This document shows positions 44,930 to 59,950 of a stretch of 64,000 bases of DNA, piece by piece. How positions within the stretch are numbered: the first letter of the stretch is position 1; the number at the start of each line of letters is the position of its first letter. The notes under the pieces were generated by a model. It worked only from the letters and a program-made list of their open reading frames with translations, was not told where the DNA came from and did not search any database. Source of the DNA: the human T2T-CHM13v2.0 reference genome, Homo sapiens; the NCBI RefSeq assembly GCF_009914755.1, contig NC_060930.1; one strand, written 5' to 3'. The position numbers and the translations under genes were made by a program.

Positions 44930-45420
44930 CATCATGGAACATCGTGCAGTGGGCACAAGAGATAGAATGCCCATTGCAACATCATTGGTAATAGAAAAAA
45001 ATGAAAATGTCCATAAGGATAATAATGAGTAAATAACTGGCAGTGTCATTGTATAGGAAAATACCATACAGTAATTGAAAGGAATGAATTAGAGCTACAT
45101 GAATCTATATTGATATATCTAAAGCCTAATGTTGAGCCAAAAATAAAGGTGCAAAAACATTTTTATAGTGTGAGACGAACTATGCAATATTTTAAAACAT
45201 GGCAACCAATACTTTTATATTACTTAGACCAGCATACATATGTTGTATAGATTTTTTTTTAATGTTTAGACTTGATAGATACTAGGATAGCTTTTAAATA
45301 TGGAGGGGGAAAAAGAGAGGAAAATGATATTAAGGAGGCATATGCAGGAGTTTCTACTGTATGTGAATATTTAAATTTTTTTAAAACCTAAGCCTGCAGA
45401 AATATAGCAAAATGGGAGAT
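44930..45420 (+). mobile_element. Old L1ME-like 3' fragment
   Basis: aatgcccattgcaacatcattggtaatag...ggaaaataccatacagtaattgaaaggaatgaattagagctacatg. Confidence 0.55.
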
Positions 45421-45877
45421 GAATACATGGGCCTTCATTTTTTTTTTTTTTTTAATTCTCAGAGGTCTTCTGTTTGAAATATCTCAGAAGAAAAAAAAAG
45501 AAAAGCCTACGTGTGTTTATGTGGAGACACATTCCAAAGAAGGGACATGTGGCTGCTTATACTCAAGGTGGTTATGTTCAGTTAATCTACCAAACTGGAT
45601 GATACGGGTCAGGACCCAGTTTTAGTTCAGAGATCCTCAGTTTTATTGTGTGCTTAGTCGTATTACTCAAATGAGTGAAATTAGCTTTTGATAGAGTCAG
45701 GGTACCACTTCATGTGACCAAACAAATGCACGAAGCCTGGAGATGGCTGTGTTTGAGCACAGGCTTTGTCCTGCTCGCAGATGTGCAACTGTGCATCTAT
45801 GGACAGCAGTAGAGGGCTTCTAAGAACACTGGTGGCAAATATGTCAGGAGTCCCTGGCCAATACTGTTGATGCGAAG

Positions 45878-46040
45878 CTAAGGTTCTAAACAGTTTTGGA
45901 TCACAGCCTCTTTCAGAATCTCTACGTATTTTAAAAACCTGTGAAGCATGTCCTTAAACAGACATGCACGTGTATGTGCACATATGCATGATTACATAAA
46001 TTTCCACAAGTTCATAAACCAAGGGGTTTAAGAACCTTAG
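45878..46040. mobile_element. Small hAT-Charlie MITE (MER103-like)
   Basis: 10-bp inverted ends ctaaggttct / agaaccttag; internal ttttggatcacagcctctttcagaatct. Confidence 0.55.
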
Positions 46041-49000
46041 TTAGGAAACTCGTGTATAGGCACATTACCTTAGATAAATTTGGTCAAATCCTCCAGTGAA
46101 GATAACTAATGGTGCAGTTTCTGTGAAAACACACAGGACTCTGAAAATGGAGCTACGGACCCAGTAAAGAGTTTGTACAACTCAGTGAGACTTCCTAAAT
46201 TCATTGATTTACATACTCTACTAACCACCATCAATCTTGGCACACAAATGACCAGAATATACAGAATCTATCTTTGCTTTATTTGTTTTGTAATGGTTCT
46301 TGAATGCTTCTTTAAAGAATAAAACTACTGGACATAGAAAATTCTTCAGCTTGTACAATCATTTAGGATGGTGTAATTCAGATGAAGCATTACACGTGAA
46401 AAGGAAACTCAGTCAGATGACAAGCAAATTCTTGGCATCCAACCCTGACCACCAATGCAGAATATGACTAAGGAATAACATTTTTAGTAAAAGGTCACAG
46501 ACAACATGAACTTAACACATTTTATTCACCTGGTGGCAAATAGAAATGAAATCCCAGAAGCTTGGTTCCTTGAATAAATATTGCAGCAACTGACACATCC
46601 AAATATATTTAATACAAACAGTCTCTCATTGCAAGTGCTATGTTTTTTCTGACCATTACATATTTTTACTCATTATTTACACAGCTAATGACTGTTTTAT
46701 AATGTTAAACTCAACCTTCCATTTTTCTGAAATTATGTTTATATAGTTATTGGTTTGATGGAATAATTAAAATGCACTTATGTGAGATATAAACTAAGTT
46801 TCCTTTTCCTGTCTTGTTTCTTATAATTTAATCTGTATTAGGTCATTCAACTAGTAATTGTTATTCTAATAATTTCCCCTATTTTCTTTTCTTTGAACTG
46901 GCTGACTAGCTAAAGTGTATAAAAACAGTGACTCATAGACATGCATTTTGAAGTAACCAATATAAATAGGTACATTCTGGTTATATCACATTTTAGACAA
47001 CTGCTTAGTCAAATGAAATGCAAAAAGAAAAACGGAAAGAAAACTATTTCAAATACCTTGAAATGTGTGCTTCAAGCTGACTTTCAGAATAGGTGCACAT
47101 TTATATAGCTATGTAAAAAAGAAGGGGAAAAACACAGAAATTCCAAAATATTTTCAAACTGGCTTAGACATCTTGACACTTTACTGTTTTCCTCTGCCAG
47201 GAGAGTAAATGAGTGGTTTGCCCTCTGGGGAAAAATCCATTTAAAAGCGAAACTATTTTAAATGCATACCTTTTTACAAGAAAGAAAAGAATAGTTCTTA
47301 GTAGTGGGGGAGTGGGTAGGATATATGTATATGGAAGGGCACAGTGAAATGTATTAGTATAGGGTCTTATTTACTTGTAAGTATTTTCTTCCTTTTTGTC
47401 ATTCCTCACACATTTACATGGTTAGCACTGGTGATACAAAGAAGAAAGAAATATTCCTAGCCTTCACGTGGTTTTAGTCTAAAGGGAGAACACTCAGGAA
47501 AAACAGTGTGCATCAACCTAGAGATGCCATGAGAATGAAATGTGCAGTAACTAATCCATGGAGGAGAGGATGGTCAGAGGGGGTCGTGTTTAAATTGGGT
47601 CGATTAAGGTTGCAAAGGGTCAGCCTATTTTAAGAGGGCAGGTGGGAAGGAATAGGAACAGAGGCCAAATGCAGGAGGTAATATTTTGTAAACTGTTTTG
47701 TAAATGATAAATTGTACCTTCTGTGTGGAGGTAAAGTATGAGGGGAGATTTCTGCCTTCTTCCTATCTTGTTCTTATATATTTGTTCATATATTTAACAT
47801 AGCTACCCCCTTATGGTACTATAATTACCTGATTACCTTTTAATCTCATCTGTGAAGTCCCTAAGTGTAGGAGCAGTACTTTATCCATCTCTTTTCCCTA
47901 GTGCCTAACAGGTCCAGACAGCTGGTAGATACAAAATGAAGACTCTTGTAGTTGAACTGAGTGAATGAAAGGATGGACAGATGGATGCATAGATAGATAC
48001 TCTGTAATTACAAAGAAATGTACTTGGGCTATGACTCCTTCAGTGGAAAAAACAACATAGCAGAAAAAATGCAATACATGGGGTGTGGTAGAATTGTAAA
48101 AATATTTTTACTAGAAATACTCTTGGACTTTATGACAAATTAGAAATTATTTCCTTCTATGCCTGGCCCTTCCAAAATTTCACATTCATGCATACACTAG
48201 TATACTTGTTAAATTGTTGGACAAAAATCTCCTTCGATTTAGAAGTCTATTATTTCGTTGAGATGACAGTTTTTAACTAGTAATGAAAGTTTTCCAATGA
48301 AAACACTCTAATTTTGCAATGTGTACCTCAATTTTGTGAAAATAAACGGCTGAGTATACTGGAACAATCTTAATTCTGTTGAACTCCTTAAAATGATATT
48401 ACATATCAAAGAGTACACCTTTAAACTACTAATGGAGGAAAATAGAATAACTCAAGGAGAGCAAGCAGACAGCTGGAATTTTTGGGAAATGTCTGTGGTA
48501 TTTGGGTTTATTTTTAAGGGAAAGAAAAATTTCCCATTAAATTTTATAACACAATAACACTTTTAAAACTTATACTCAAAAAGAATCTTTATAATGCTGT
48601 TGTAAAACTCAGATTATATTTTATTCATGAATTACAGATTTCTTTTTTGATGACGGTGGTTAGGGTAAGAAGCGGCTTTTATAAGCTTTATTTATCTCTT
48701 TTAATTACCTCCTTCTCCTGTCTCAATGCTCACACTTACACTCACTTTAAAAAATTTTTATCTTTCATGGGATCTATATCTAAATAACACCACATCATAT
48801 GTAAATTAAGAAACATTCCAAATATTCTCCGGGACATTGAAAGGAAATCAAGCAAAACATTCTGTAATGTGTAGGCAACTTTAAAAGTGCTTGAGGCAGA
48901 AGCAAAAAAAAAAAAAAAAGTGAGAGAAAGAGGCTTTCTAGCCTGTGTCTTTTTTAGTTAGATGTTTCAGAAGATGAAGAAATTTTAATTATGTGCTTCC

Positions 49001-51689
49001 TTAGAGTGAGATATTAATTCCTCTGAATCATTCTCTCCAATTTTGAGTCCCACTCTCATTTTTCTCTCCCTCTTCTTTTCTCCTGGTTTTTTCCCCCTCC
49101 CTCTTTACCTTTTCTCCTCCCTCTTTTTCCTCCCTCCCCTTTCCTTCTCCCACAAAAAGCCAGAATTGCTTGGTGGTAATTCCCTAGAATTGAGCAGGAT
49201 TGAACTGGGGGTCACTCTGGCTTTGTACTGTTCCCTTTCTTATCTAACCTGAATATCCTTGGATCTGTAAGACTTTTTCTGATCCATATCACAGCCTTTT
49301 TCTCTCCTCACCGTTGCCAGTGGGATTTCTCGTGGGCTTTTGGAGAGGTAGAAGGCATACTTGTGAATGTCAAAAGAGCTGTATTCCTGTATCCTGTTTC
49401 AACCCTGAGGAGAGGCACTGTGCTAGTGAGGAAAGAACACCCAATCCTAGTCAAAGGACTGAGTTCAATTCAGCCTCACAAGAGGCTCTAAGTATGATCT
49501 TAGACAAGGAAACTTCAGGCCCCAGTTTTCCCATCTAGAAAATGAGAGTGGTTAGAACTATATCACACTGAGGATTATGTGAATTTATATATACGTATAT
49601 AAAGCCGTGCACCCAAATGCTGTTTACAGCATTCTGTGATGAATTCCCTATTTCAGTTGGTACCATTTATTCACAGACAATCACAGGTATTCAGAGATTG
49701 TAAGAATTATGGTAGCAATTGCTTACTATAGTTTGTTTATTCCATAAGAGTGGCTTTCATTTTTTTTTAAAAAAGAGACCTCTCCCTTGGATTTTCGTTA
49801 TAATATGTTTCACTTGCCACATTTTCTGAATTTTTCCATGTCTTGAAGCCTTTGTGATGGTGTTTCATAATCAACCTGCAGGTTGTCAGAATCAGTGGAG
49901 CATGCCATTTACTGCTTGTCTTAGATACACTCAATGATTCTTTCTTTCCTGAGTGCTTCAAGTTTTGGCTTTAAAGATCCTCCTTTGTTTTAATAGATTT
50001 TCCATTAGTGTCTGCTTATGTAATTTTATCTCCATTTCTAATTGTGAAATTTGTTGCATAGATGTAAATTTTCTTTCAGTATTATTCAGAGAGAAGATAA
50101 TGGTTGATACCCAAAAGAGGAAGCTAAAAATGCCTTTTAAAATTCTTACTATATTTTGGTGATTTTTACCAATGACATTATTGTATAGTTGTGGTCATTA
50201 TACCGTTCATTAAAAATATTTATTTGAAATTACTGCATGAATGCCAATCTCTGAATAACATCTTTGCAAATATAGCATGTTATTTTGTCAGTCCAAATGT
50301 GTGCTAAATACTAATTCATGTTGTTAAATGTGGATATAAAAATAGTTAATTCTCTTGCTAAGGATACTCATTTATCAAAGTAAAGTAACATTTTAATATT
50401 TTTCAAGACAACTATTTTTAAATATTTATTAGAGAAACTGTTCTAGGAGAAAAATTAAGATAAGGTATTATGTATTTTACTCTGTTATGGACACATACAT
50501 ATTTGGATATCAGATAGTTTCATATCAAATTACATATCTTTGTACTCAATAAATATTAGAAAAACTGTTTACTCATCTGTAAAATATAAATAATAGCATC
50601 TTCTCATTGAGTTACTTTGAAAATAAATAAAAATAATACCTATGTACAGGACTTAACCTAGTGTCTACCATAATGTAAGCACATAATGAATACTTGATAC
50701 TGTGATTGAGTACATGCTATGACTATAACCCAGAATAAGACAATAGGAACATAAAAATAGAAATGATCATCATTTTAGATAGGGGAAAACAGAAGGGAAA
50801 TACAGAGAAATGACATCATTGTGTTTGAGACCATATGGTATCAGAATTGGAATAGAAGGAAACTGGAGTTGGGGGAGGGAACTGGAAGAGTGTTGGGGGT
50901 TTGGGAATGAAGAGGTGATACTAAGTTGTGTTTGGGAATATATTGGATTTAAAGTGATAGAAAGTAATTGTAGTGAAGATGGACTGTAGTCATCTCATGA
51001 ATTGGACCAGAACTTTAACATTGTTCATTTAGTTTTCCAAGAGATATTTACTGTGGGCCGATACTATGTGCTAGATACTGTGCATTGGTACAGTAACCAA
51101 GGTACAGTAAACCAAGGATGGAAATACATAAATTTGTGAGTCGGTTTTCTGAGTGAAAGTTAGAAATAAGGAACAATGTACTAGGCATGAAGTGTTGGTT
51201 AGTGATTACAAATAGGAGAGGAGAAAAGAAAAGTCCCCAATGACACAAGACTAGAGGCTGAAGACATATCAAGAGAGTGCTGCACGAGGGGAGAAGACAA
51301 CTTTAAGACATTGTGATTTCCAGAAGAATCACTTTTATATAAATTGAATGCTTTCTAGAGCTTAAGATCATTCTTATATGTTTCAGTAACAGAAAATGAA
51401 GATAAAGATAGATTATTCTTGGCTTTTTACCTATTTACACATGAAAATGATTACATACATCTACTTATTCTAGTGTGATATTATTTTCATTAAAATAAAG
51501 GTATTGAAGGAATTGTTCAATGAACAAAGAAAACTGTACTTTTGACTAAATTGTAATTAAGTATGCTTGAACATTTTTAAATGCTTAGTTCTGTAATTTT
51601 CTGCACAATATGTAGTAAACCAGACATATTTCCAATAAACACTGCTTACCTTCTTTTTGTTTCCATGTTTAATAGCCAAGGTCTGTCTG

Positions 51690-51690
<1 letters not shown>

Positions 51691-51754
<64 letters not shown>
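51691..51754. repeat. (CTTT)16 tetranucleotide STR
   Basis: Perfect 64-nt run, preceded by (ctgt)n. Confidence 0.97.
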
Positions 51755-51756
<2 letters not shown>

Positions 51757-51939
51757 GTTTTTCTTTCTTTCTCTCAGAAAAGAAAAAACAAGCCTTGGAT
51801 TCTTGTTTCAGTAGCTATGTGCAAACAAAATGGAAAAAAAAAAAACAGAGAAAAATCCTCCACAATAAATCGTAATGGGCATATAATCTGTATAACACAA
51901 AACTTAGCCACCAAAGGATACTTGAAATGCTGCTAGATC

Positions 51940-52600
51940 AGTTCAAATCAGCAAATATGTATTGACTTCCCATTTTTTAGCACTATGTTAGGTGCTACAG
52001 ACCACAAGCTCACAGTCTTCAAATTAAGGAGACAGTTATATAAATGATATAAAGGAGAATCTGTCCATCACAGTGAGACATCCAAATGGCTATGAAGATT
52101 CCAAGGAGAGACAGAGCATCTGGTTGAGAGAGAGCAAGAAGAAATTCCTAGAGAAAGTGGAATTAGAGAGGAACGGGGAGTAAGAAATGAGAGTAATGCC
52201 AGGCTCCGGATGAGGAACAACATGGGCAAAGACATGGAGACAAGCTTGGTGTGTGGTGTTCCTAGGAAATTATTGTCCTGTTGACTGAAGAAAAAGGGAC
52301 ATAAAAGTGGAAGACTGATAGGAGATTTGGATAGAGAGGAATATGTCGGGACATACTGTGAGTGCTATCATGAGGAAATTCGGATTGATTCAATAGGCAA
52401 TGAAGAGCCATTAATGGATTTTGAGTAGGGGAATAACATTACTGGAGCAGCAATTTAGAAGACTGATTTGACACCAATGCATAGTATATTCTGGAATGAA
52501 GACAAATGGCAATTGGAGAAACTGGCTGGGAACTTATTGTTATAGTTTAGCAGTTAATGAAAGTCTGAACCAGCATGGAATGAAAATGAAAGAATCTATA
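51940..52600 (-). mobile_element. L2 (antisense)
   Basis: cagcaaatatgtattga...cactatgttaggtgcta; caataggcaatgaagagccattaatggattttgagtagggga. Confidence 0.65.
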
Positions 52601-53616
52601 TATGGGTCTTCCAAGATGCAGATATTCAGGAACATTCCATACATCCAAAGTTTACATCTGTATAGTATTTTAAATTTCCATTTGCCCTCAGATATTTGGC
52701 ACAGATCTGAGAGTAACCTTATTGGCACAGGTGATTCTCAGCTGCAGAGTACCACTTTTGTCTGTATTAATGGTGTCTTCTCTTCTTTACAAGGCCACCA
52801 AAGTGGATGCATAATTAAAATTTGTTGCTGTTTCTACTCTACTTGTCCTGGACGCTCATGCAGCCAAATTTCACTGGGGACCCAGGACCACACAAAACAG
52901 TATGGTGTTATGAACTGGTTGCCCCAGGAGTTTTAGAAAGTCTTCTTAATTACTTTAAAAAGGCAGCAGCTCTCCTCACCCACTGTAACTTGAACGTTGC
53001 ATGTTTGGCCTCTAGGATCAGTCCTCAAATGCATCTCTACCTAGTATTCCATCAGGAGCAATTGGTATATTTGAAAATGTATTGCTTTATTTAATTTTCA
53101 TGAAGCTCAGTTTCCCACATAGTAAAGACAATAATCTCTGAGCAAAAATAATTTCAGTTATTCTTATCACATTGTCTATTCATCTATTATATCTTTGCAA
53201 TATTAAAATGCATTTAATTATAATAAAACATTTAACACAAGTAACTGGAAAACAAAAATCTTTCTCAACTGATTATTCTTAGTCTTGCTTTTATCTCCCT
53301 TTTACCTAATAAAAGCAAATTTAGTTTTCTTCATTTATGAATCCAATAAACATCATAGACTCAACTTCCTGATATTTATGCTCTATGAGGGTTTCTCCAC
53401 CACACAAATTTATGTCCACTGAGAGCATCTTATCTCTGGCTCTGACACTTTTGGCCTCGAACTAATCACTGCCATTGACCATTGCATCTGGGATGCATTA
53501 GACTCTGTCCCTAGGTGCTTCAAGATTTTATTGTACAACACCATTTAACAAATTATTTTATTAATAACCCAAACCCTGTGAATCAAGGTACATTTTAAAG
53601 CCTAATAAAATTATGG

Positions 53617-53912
53617 TTTGGGAGGCCAAGGTGGGAGGATCACTTGAAGCCAGGAGTTTGAGACCAATCTGAGCAGCACAGTGAGACTCCATCTCTGCAA
53701 AAATAAAAAATAGAAAACATTAGTTGGGCGTGGTGGTGAATGTCTATAGTCGTAGCTACTCAAGAGATTGAGGCAAGAGGATAGTTTGAGCCCAGGAGCT
53801 TGAGGTTATGGTGAATTATGATTGCACCACTGCACTCCAGCCTGAATGGCAGAGCAAGACCCTGCCTCTAAAACTAAAATAAATGGAAATAAAATAAGAT
53901 AGAAAATAAAAT
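53617..53912 (+). mobile_element. AluJ, 5'-truncated
   Basis: Begins at tttgggaggccaaggtgggaggatcacttga; decayed A tail; TSD taaaattatgg / taaaatgatgg. Confidence 0.9.
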
Positions 53913-54892
53913 TAAAATGATGGCATGGGAGACCACTCACATTTCACAAATTTGTTTTAGCCTCTACACAAATACTAGTAATTAAATCATATTTTTTAAA
54001 TTGTAAGATTTAGAAATGTGGATATGATTTTCCATATGTAAGAGAATCACAATTTTTTCTCATCCTCTATAAAAATTCATCCCCTGATTAATTCACCCAG
54101 TTGACAAATAGATACTTTTTCAATGAAATATATTTAAGTATTATAGTGCACTTTCTCAGACCGCAAGAGGTTATTTATTTTACTTCTGAAGGTTTTGAAG
54201 TTTGCCTCATAGACTGTAAGTGCCTAAGGAAAGAAACAGGGTCTTGTTCACCTGCAGTGGTTCCTGGGAGATGCTCAGAAGTTTACTCAGAGTTGCATAA
54301 TGTGCCAAGACTATAAAATTTTTTTCCTCAAACTAAAGCCTTTGTAGATAGAAATCTATAGCTTATTTGCAAATGATGCTATGCTATGTTATAGTTACAG
54401 CTTTTATATTTGTCGAACTTGTATAATTGTTACAATTTTATAAGAGAATTTAATGCAGCCTATAAAGCAACATTAGTTTATCTTTGATATTCCCAAATCT
54501 ACCTATTCTCACTTGTTATTCGTACTTTGTGACTTCTCCAACCTCACTTTTCTTGGGAAGGTCCACAGAATCTGATGCATTGAGGCCACATTAAGATGTA
54601 AATGATTACCAGACTTCTGAAATATTTGCATTTTTATCCACAACTTAGATTCAAGTGAGTCATAGCTATGTTTTGTATTCTGGGCATCTGCAGGCCAGGA
54701 AGTATGATGGGCAGCCCAAGAAGTTCTCCTGAAACTCTTGAAATCCTTCCCTTTTGGGCTTAGAACATTGATAAAGATTCAGTCTGAATTCCAAAATGTT
54801 TGTTTTGAGAGAATAAATGCCCAGGAAGACCCTTTGAAAATAAAATGGGTTTGTTCTACAAATTAGATATTTATGTATGTCAAGTTAAATAG

Positions 54893-55549
<657 letters not shown>

Positions 55550-56081
55550 TACCCAAATATATTTCATGATACACATTTCTTAGAATCATGAATTTTTTTA
55601 CAGTTGTTCATGGCTTTAAAAATTAATGTGAGATTTCTAAGCATATTTAGAATCCAGACATTTCCAAAGTGTGCTATACATACAGCTTAGCAGTTAGGCG
55701 GATATTGTAAGGATTTTTTAAACGTCTCCATTAATGGGAAAGATTAGTTTACCTACATTTAAGATTGCCTTCTTGCAACTTTCCATCTCTCATTTGAGCC
55801 TTATTCTGCACAATATAATTTAATCAATAGTAATCCACTTTTAAATTTCCACCCATATCTCTCCTCTTGTTTATCCAACTGTCTTATTAATATTTCCAAG
55901 GATGGCTATAGACATTTCTGCCTGAATATGCACAAAGCCAACTTCCTGTTTGTCCTCATCCCCTCATTCCAAACTTGCACCTGTATAATCATCCTCATCT
56001 ATGTATCTTGCCACACCCAACTCCATTTTTCTAGCCACTCAGACAAAAACAACCCAACAAAAAGGCAAACAAACAACCATC

Positions 56082-56484
56082 TATCTTAGTTCATTCGTGC
56101 TGTCATAACAAAATACCATAGACTGGATAATTTATAAATAATACAAATTTATTTCTCAGATTTCTGGAAGCTGGGAAGTCCAAGATCAGAACACCAGCAA
56201 ATTTGGTGTCTGGTGAGGGCTACTCTTTGCTTCCAAGATGGTGCCTTGTTACAGCGTCCTCTGAAGGGAACTAATGCTGTGTCCTCACGTGGAAGAAGGA
56301 ATGGAAGGGCAAAAAAGGGATTAGGGTGCTCCTTTCAACCTCTTTCATAAGGTCACTGAATCTTTTCTTGAGGGCTTTGCCCTCATGACTTAATTACCTC
56401 CAAAAGGCCTTGCCACTTGGTATTATCACTTAGGAGACGGATTGTCAATATATAAATTTGGAGGGATACATTTAGAACATAACA
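56082..56484. mobile_element. ERVL-MaLR solo LTR (MST/MLT1A-like) inside an L2 fragment
   Basis: tcttagttcattcgtgctgtcataacaaaataccatagactgg...ctgggaagtccaagatca...ccctcatgacttaattacctcc...aacataaca. Confidence 0.85.
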
Positions 56485-56799
56485 TCCCCTCGGTCCCCCA
56501 TAAAAAGCAAAATTTTGAATTATCTTGTCCATTTTTTTCTTTTCGAAAATGCCATGTCCAATTGATAAAATAATCCTTCATGATATCTCTATAGCTGTTC
56601 CACTTCTAACCACCTTCTCCACTTTCATCTTAGTAGTTTCTGCAGTGGCTGCTTACGGAGTTTCCTACTTCCGTTCTTGTCCCTTGTGGGCTGTTTTCAA
56701 CACTGAAGCCAGGGCAAACCTTTTAAAACCTAAGCCAGGTCATATATTTCCTCTGTTGAGGATGTTTATGCAGTATTACTGAAGTGTTATGAATATTAT

Positions 56800-57040
56800 T
56801 AATAATAGTATAAGCTAATGTGTGTTGATCACTTACTGTGTAGCGGAGCCTGTGCTAAAATAGTACAAGCCAATTCTCATTTTATCCCCACCACAACCTC
56901 TTATTATTCCTATTTTACGCATGAGAAACTGAGCTATAGAAAGATTGAACAATTTCTCAAGATCACTTAAATTATGAGGTGGCAGAGCTATCTTTGAGCT
57001 TAAGCTGTCAGATTCTAGAGCGCGGACATGAAAAAACTAA
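56800..57040 (-). mobile_element. MIR
   Basis: ttgatcacttactgtgta...ttattattcctattttacgcatgagaaactgag...ggtggcagagcta. Confidence 0.75.
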
Positions 57041-59702
57041 GCTCAACGTTCTCTCCTTTCTTTGTAACTGTTTAACCTCTTAACATGGTATACTCAAAGT
57101 CTGTCTGATAATCCCTTTTTATCAATGAAAAGGCCAACAATAACATGTGCCATATTTTGAAGGACAGCTTTGTAATGAAGTTTCTTAGCATCCTGTTTCT
57201 TAAGAAGTAGTTAGCAGTACACTGAGTAAATACCAAATATTTCTCTTGACATTGATGGTCCCAGCAGCATTTCAGTGTCCCGGAGCAACTCCTACTAAGT
57301 TTTAAAGTTTATCTTGCACTTCACTCCTCATTAAAATTCTACTATTGATGTCCTATTTTGACTTTTAATCATAATTTGTCCTTTTAAAATCGTTGCTCAT
57401 TCAGGCAATAAGTGAGTATAAGTAATAAATGCTGTTTTCAGAAAATTGCATTAATAAATTCTGTTCTTCATGAGAACTAACAGGTACTAAAATGAATGTA
57501 ATTGTAGATAAAGAAGAATTTGTTCAGTTGTGAAGTGGTACTGTGTTTTATCAGACTAGTAATGATGGCCGGAACCAAAGTTATTATAACCTAAATATTG
57601 GCATATAATAAAAAGTACTCTTTTAAAATTTATAGAGGTCTCGTGTGTAGGTGACAAAATTTTTAAAATCATACTTTTTTTCATAAAGTTTAAACAAATA
57701 TAAATTTCATCCACTACCCAGTTTTAAAATATTTATTATTTTCCAATATTTCAGATATTCATGTCTAAATCATTTTCCAAAGGAAACTCATTTTATATAT
57801 ATATAGATATTTAACCCTCTTGTCGAGAACTGAGCCACTAATGTGTTATTTAATACTTATTTTCTTAGAAATGTAATATTCTATGTAATTATTATTTATA
57901 TGTAAGTTATAATAACACATTGAGAATTTACCAAATGGAGTACAACATAATATTGACATGAGTTTCTATCTTAAAGTATTTCTAAAACTATCTCCATAGT
58001 TTTTCTTTAGTCCTATCATGCAGGCTTATCAGCTTACTTAGCATGATGACTATTTCACAATTATACAATTAATAAAAAGTGAATGCCTTCCTTGAGGTAC
58101 AGGAGTTACTCTAGAAAAATATGTTAACCCACCATGCATAATATTCTCCAATTACTGTAACATAATTGAGAATACATAGAAGATTTTTTTTCCCCATAGG
58201 AGTAAGTTTCTTACCATATGTTTTCCATTTATTCAGCCTGACTTTTTTAGTATTGATGTAGGCTTGGAAATGTTTTTACTATTGCCCTGCATTTTCCATG
58301 ACACACACCCAATATGTATCACTAGAGTGTAGTGATTAGATGAGATTTAGAGACATGAAGATTGGTATTTAAAGGCTGCCTGTGACTTAACTAGTTTCGT
58401 TGGCTTGTTATTTGGTCAGTTTATTTAATCTCCCTATGCTTGTTCTTCATGGGTTCATATATGTAAAGCATTTAGCATACAATGGTGCATAATGGACCAT
58501 TTTTCTGCATTTACAGCATCTCATCAATGGGCTAGAATAAGCTTCTTTAAATGAAAAACTGGACTGTTTCCAAATTATTTATTTATGTTTAGCCATCACA
58601 GCACCCAATAGAGTGTCACATTCAAAATGAACTTATGTGATAGAGGTGGCGCAGTGCTCATGCTTTCCCATACAACCCATCTTTTTTCATGCAGTGCTTG
58701 GTTCATATTTTCTTCCTTCTCCTAAACCTCTTTTTGGCATAATCTTTCTTCTTATTTCTTTCCTCATCTGATGCATAACTGTTTCCCTATTTAGAAAGCA
58801 ATCTTTATTATTACTTCTTTTCCTCTCAGCACATTTATATCTTAAACCTTATTTTTTGGTGCAGCTGAGGAGAATAAATTCTATTGCCATGTAAGCACAT
58901 TTACTTCAGTCACAATTTATCCTTAATATTTTTAATGATCAAAAGTACTAGCCATGAAAAATAGGTATTTTATGTCCTAGGAATAAGAGGAAAAATAAAT
59001 AAAATTTTGTACTTTCCTTGTATAGTAAAATATCTGTGGCTTGTTTCTTTTTAATTCTCTCTAGCCAATCAGAAATGTGGTGATGATATGATAACATAAA
59101 TAACTTTTGTCTGGAATGTTTTTATTGAAAAGCAGATGTGAATCAGCTACTAGACAGATATCATTACACCATGCCCATGAGAGACAAAAAAGAAATTAAA
59201 AATTAAATAATATTCACAAATAGCTAAACTAAAGCAAGTAAAACATCAAAAACTCAGGTTAACTTGGAAATAACTTTTTTTTTTTTTACAGTACCTAAGT
59301 AATATTTTTCTCTTCCCTTTAGAAAGGCTCCTGACATTGTTTAGCAAATACAATATTGTGGCCAACTTAAGAACTAAATCACTGTTCATCTTTTTAGGAG
59401 ATTGCTTTGTTGTGTTACTGTTTTGTTTTGTTTAAGCTGCCCTAATTATTAGTAAGAGAAAAACAAGGCTATTTTGAGAGCTACAAATATGCATCATACA
59501 AATATAATGATCTAGAATAATTGCTGATTAATAAATAAACCGCATTTATTGCTTATACTCACTGATACTACTTTCTATGCATATCAGTGAGTGTATGTTG
59601 CTCTTTTAAAAACCTTCCAAGATAAAATATTTTAAAGGTCTTCCAGAAAACTCATTCCTGATACAATAGTATTTGCTTGAGAATTAAAATAATCCTGTTT
59701 CT

Positions 59703-59950
59703 CAAGAACAGAAAACCGAACACTGCATGTTCTCTCTTGTAAGTGGGAGTAGAACAATGAGAACACGTGGACATAGGGAGGGGAACATTACACACCGGGG
59801 ACTGTCAGGGGGTGGGGGGCTAGGGAAGGGATAGCATTAGTAGAAATACCTAATGTAGGTGATGGGTGCAGCAAACCACCATGGCACGTGTATACCTATG
59901 TAACAAACCTGCACGTTCTGCACATGTATCCCAGAACTTAAATATAATTT
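59703..59950 (+). mobile_element. L1PA (about L1PA6-8) 3' end, heavily 5'-truncated
   Basis: gaacagaaaaccgaacactgcatgttctc...gggatagcattag...gtatacctatgtaacaaacctgcacgttctgcacatgtatcccagaactta; TSD aatcctgtttct / aatcgtgtttct. Confidence 0.92.

Noticed and set aside
44321-45808. Exact 15-mer catctatggacagca at 44321 and 45794
   Set aside because: One or two exact 15-mer matches are expected by chance in 64 kb; no extended homology or element between them.
52496-52936. 146-aa ORF on the + strand
   Set aside because: Begins in antisense L2 sequence; no domain or splice context; compatible with chance.
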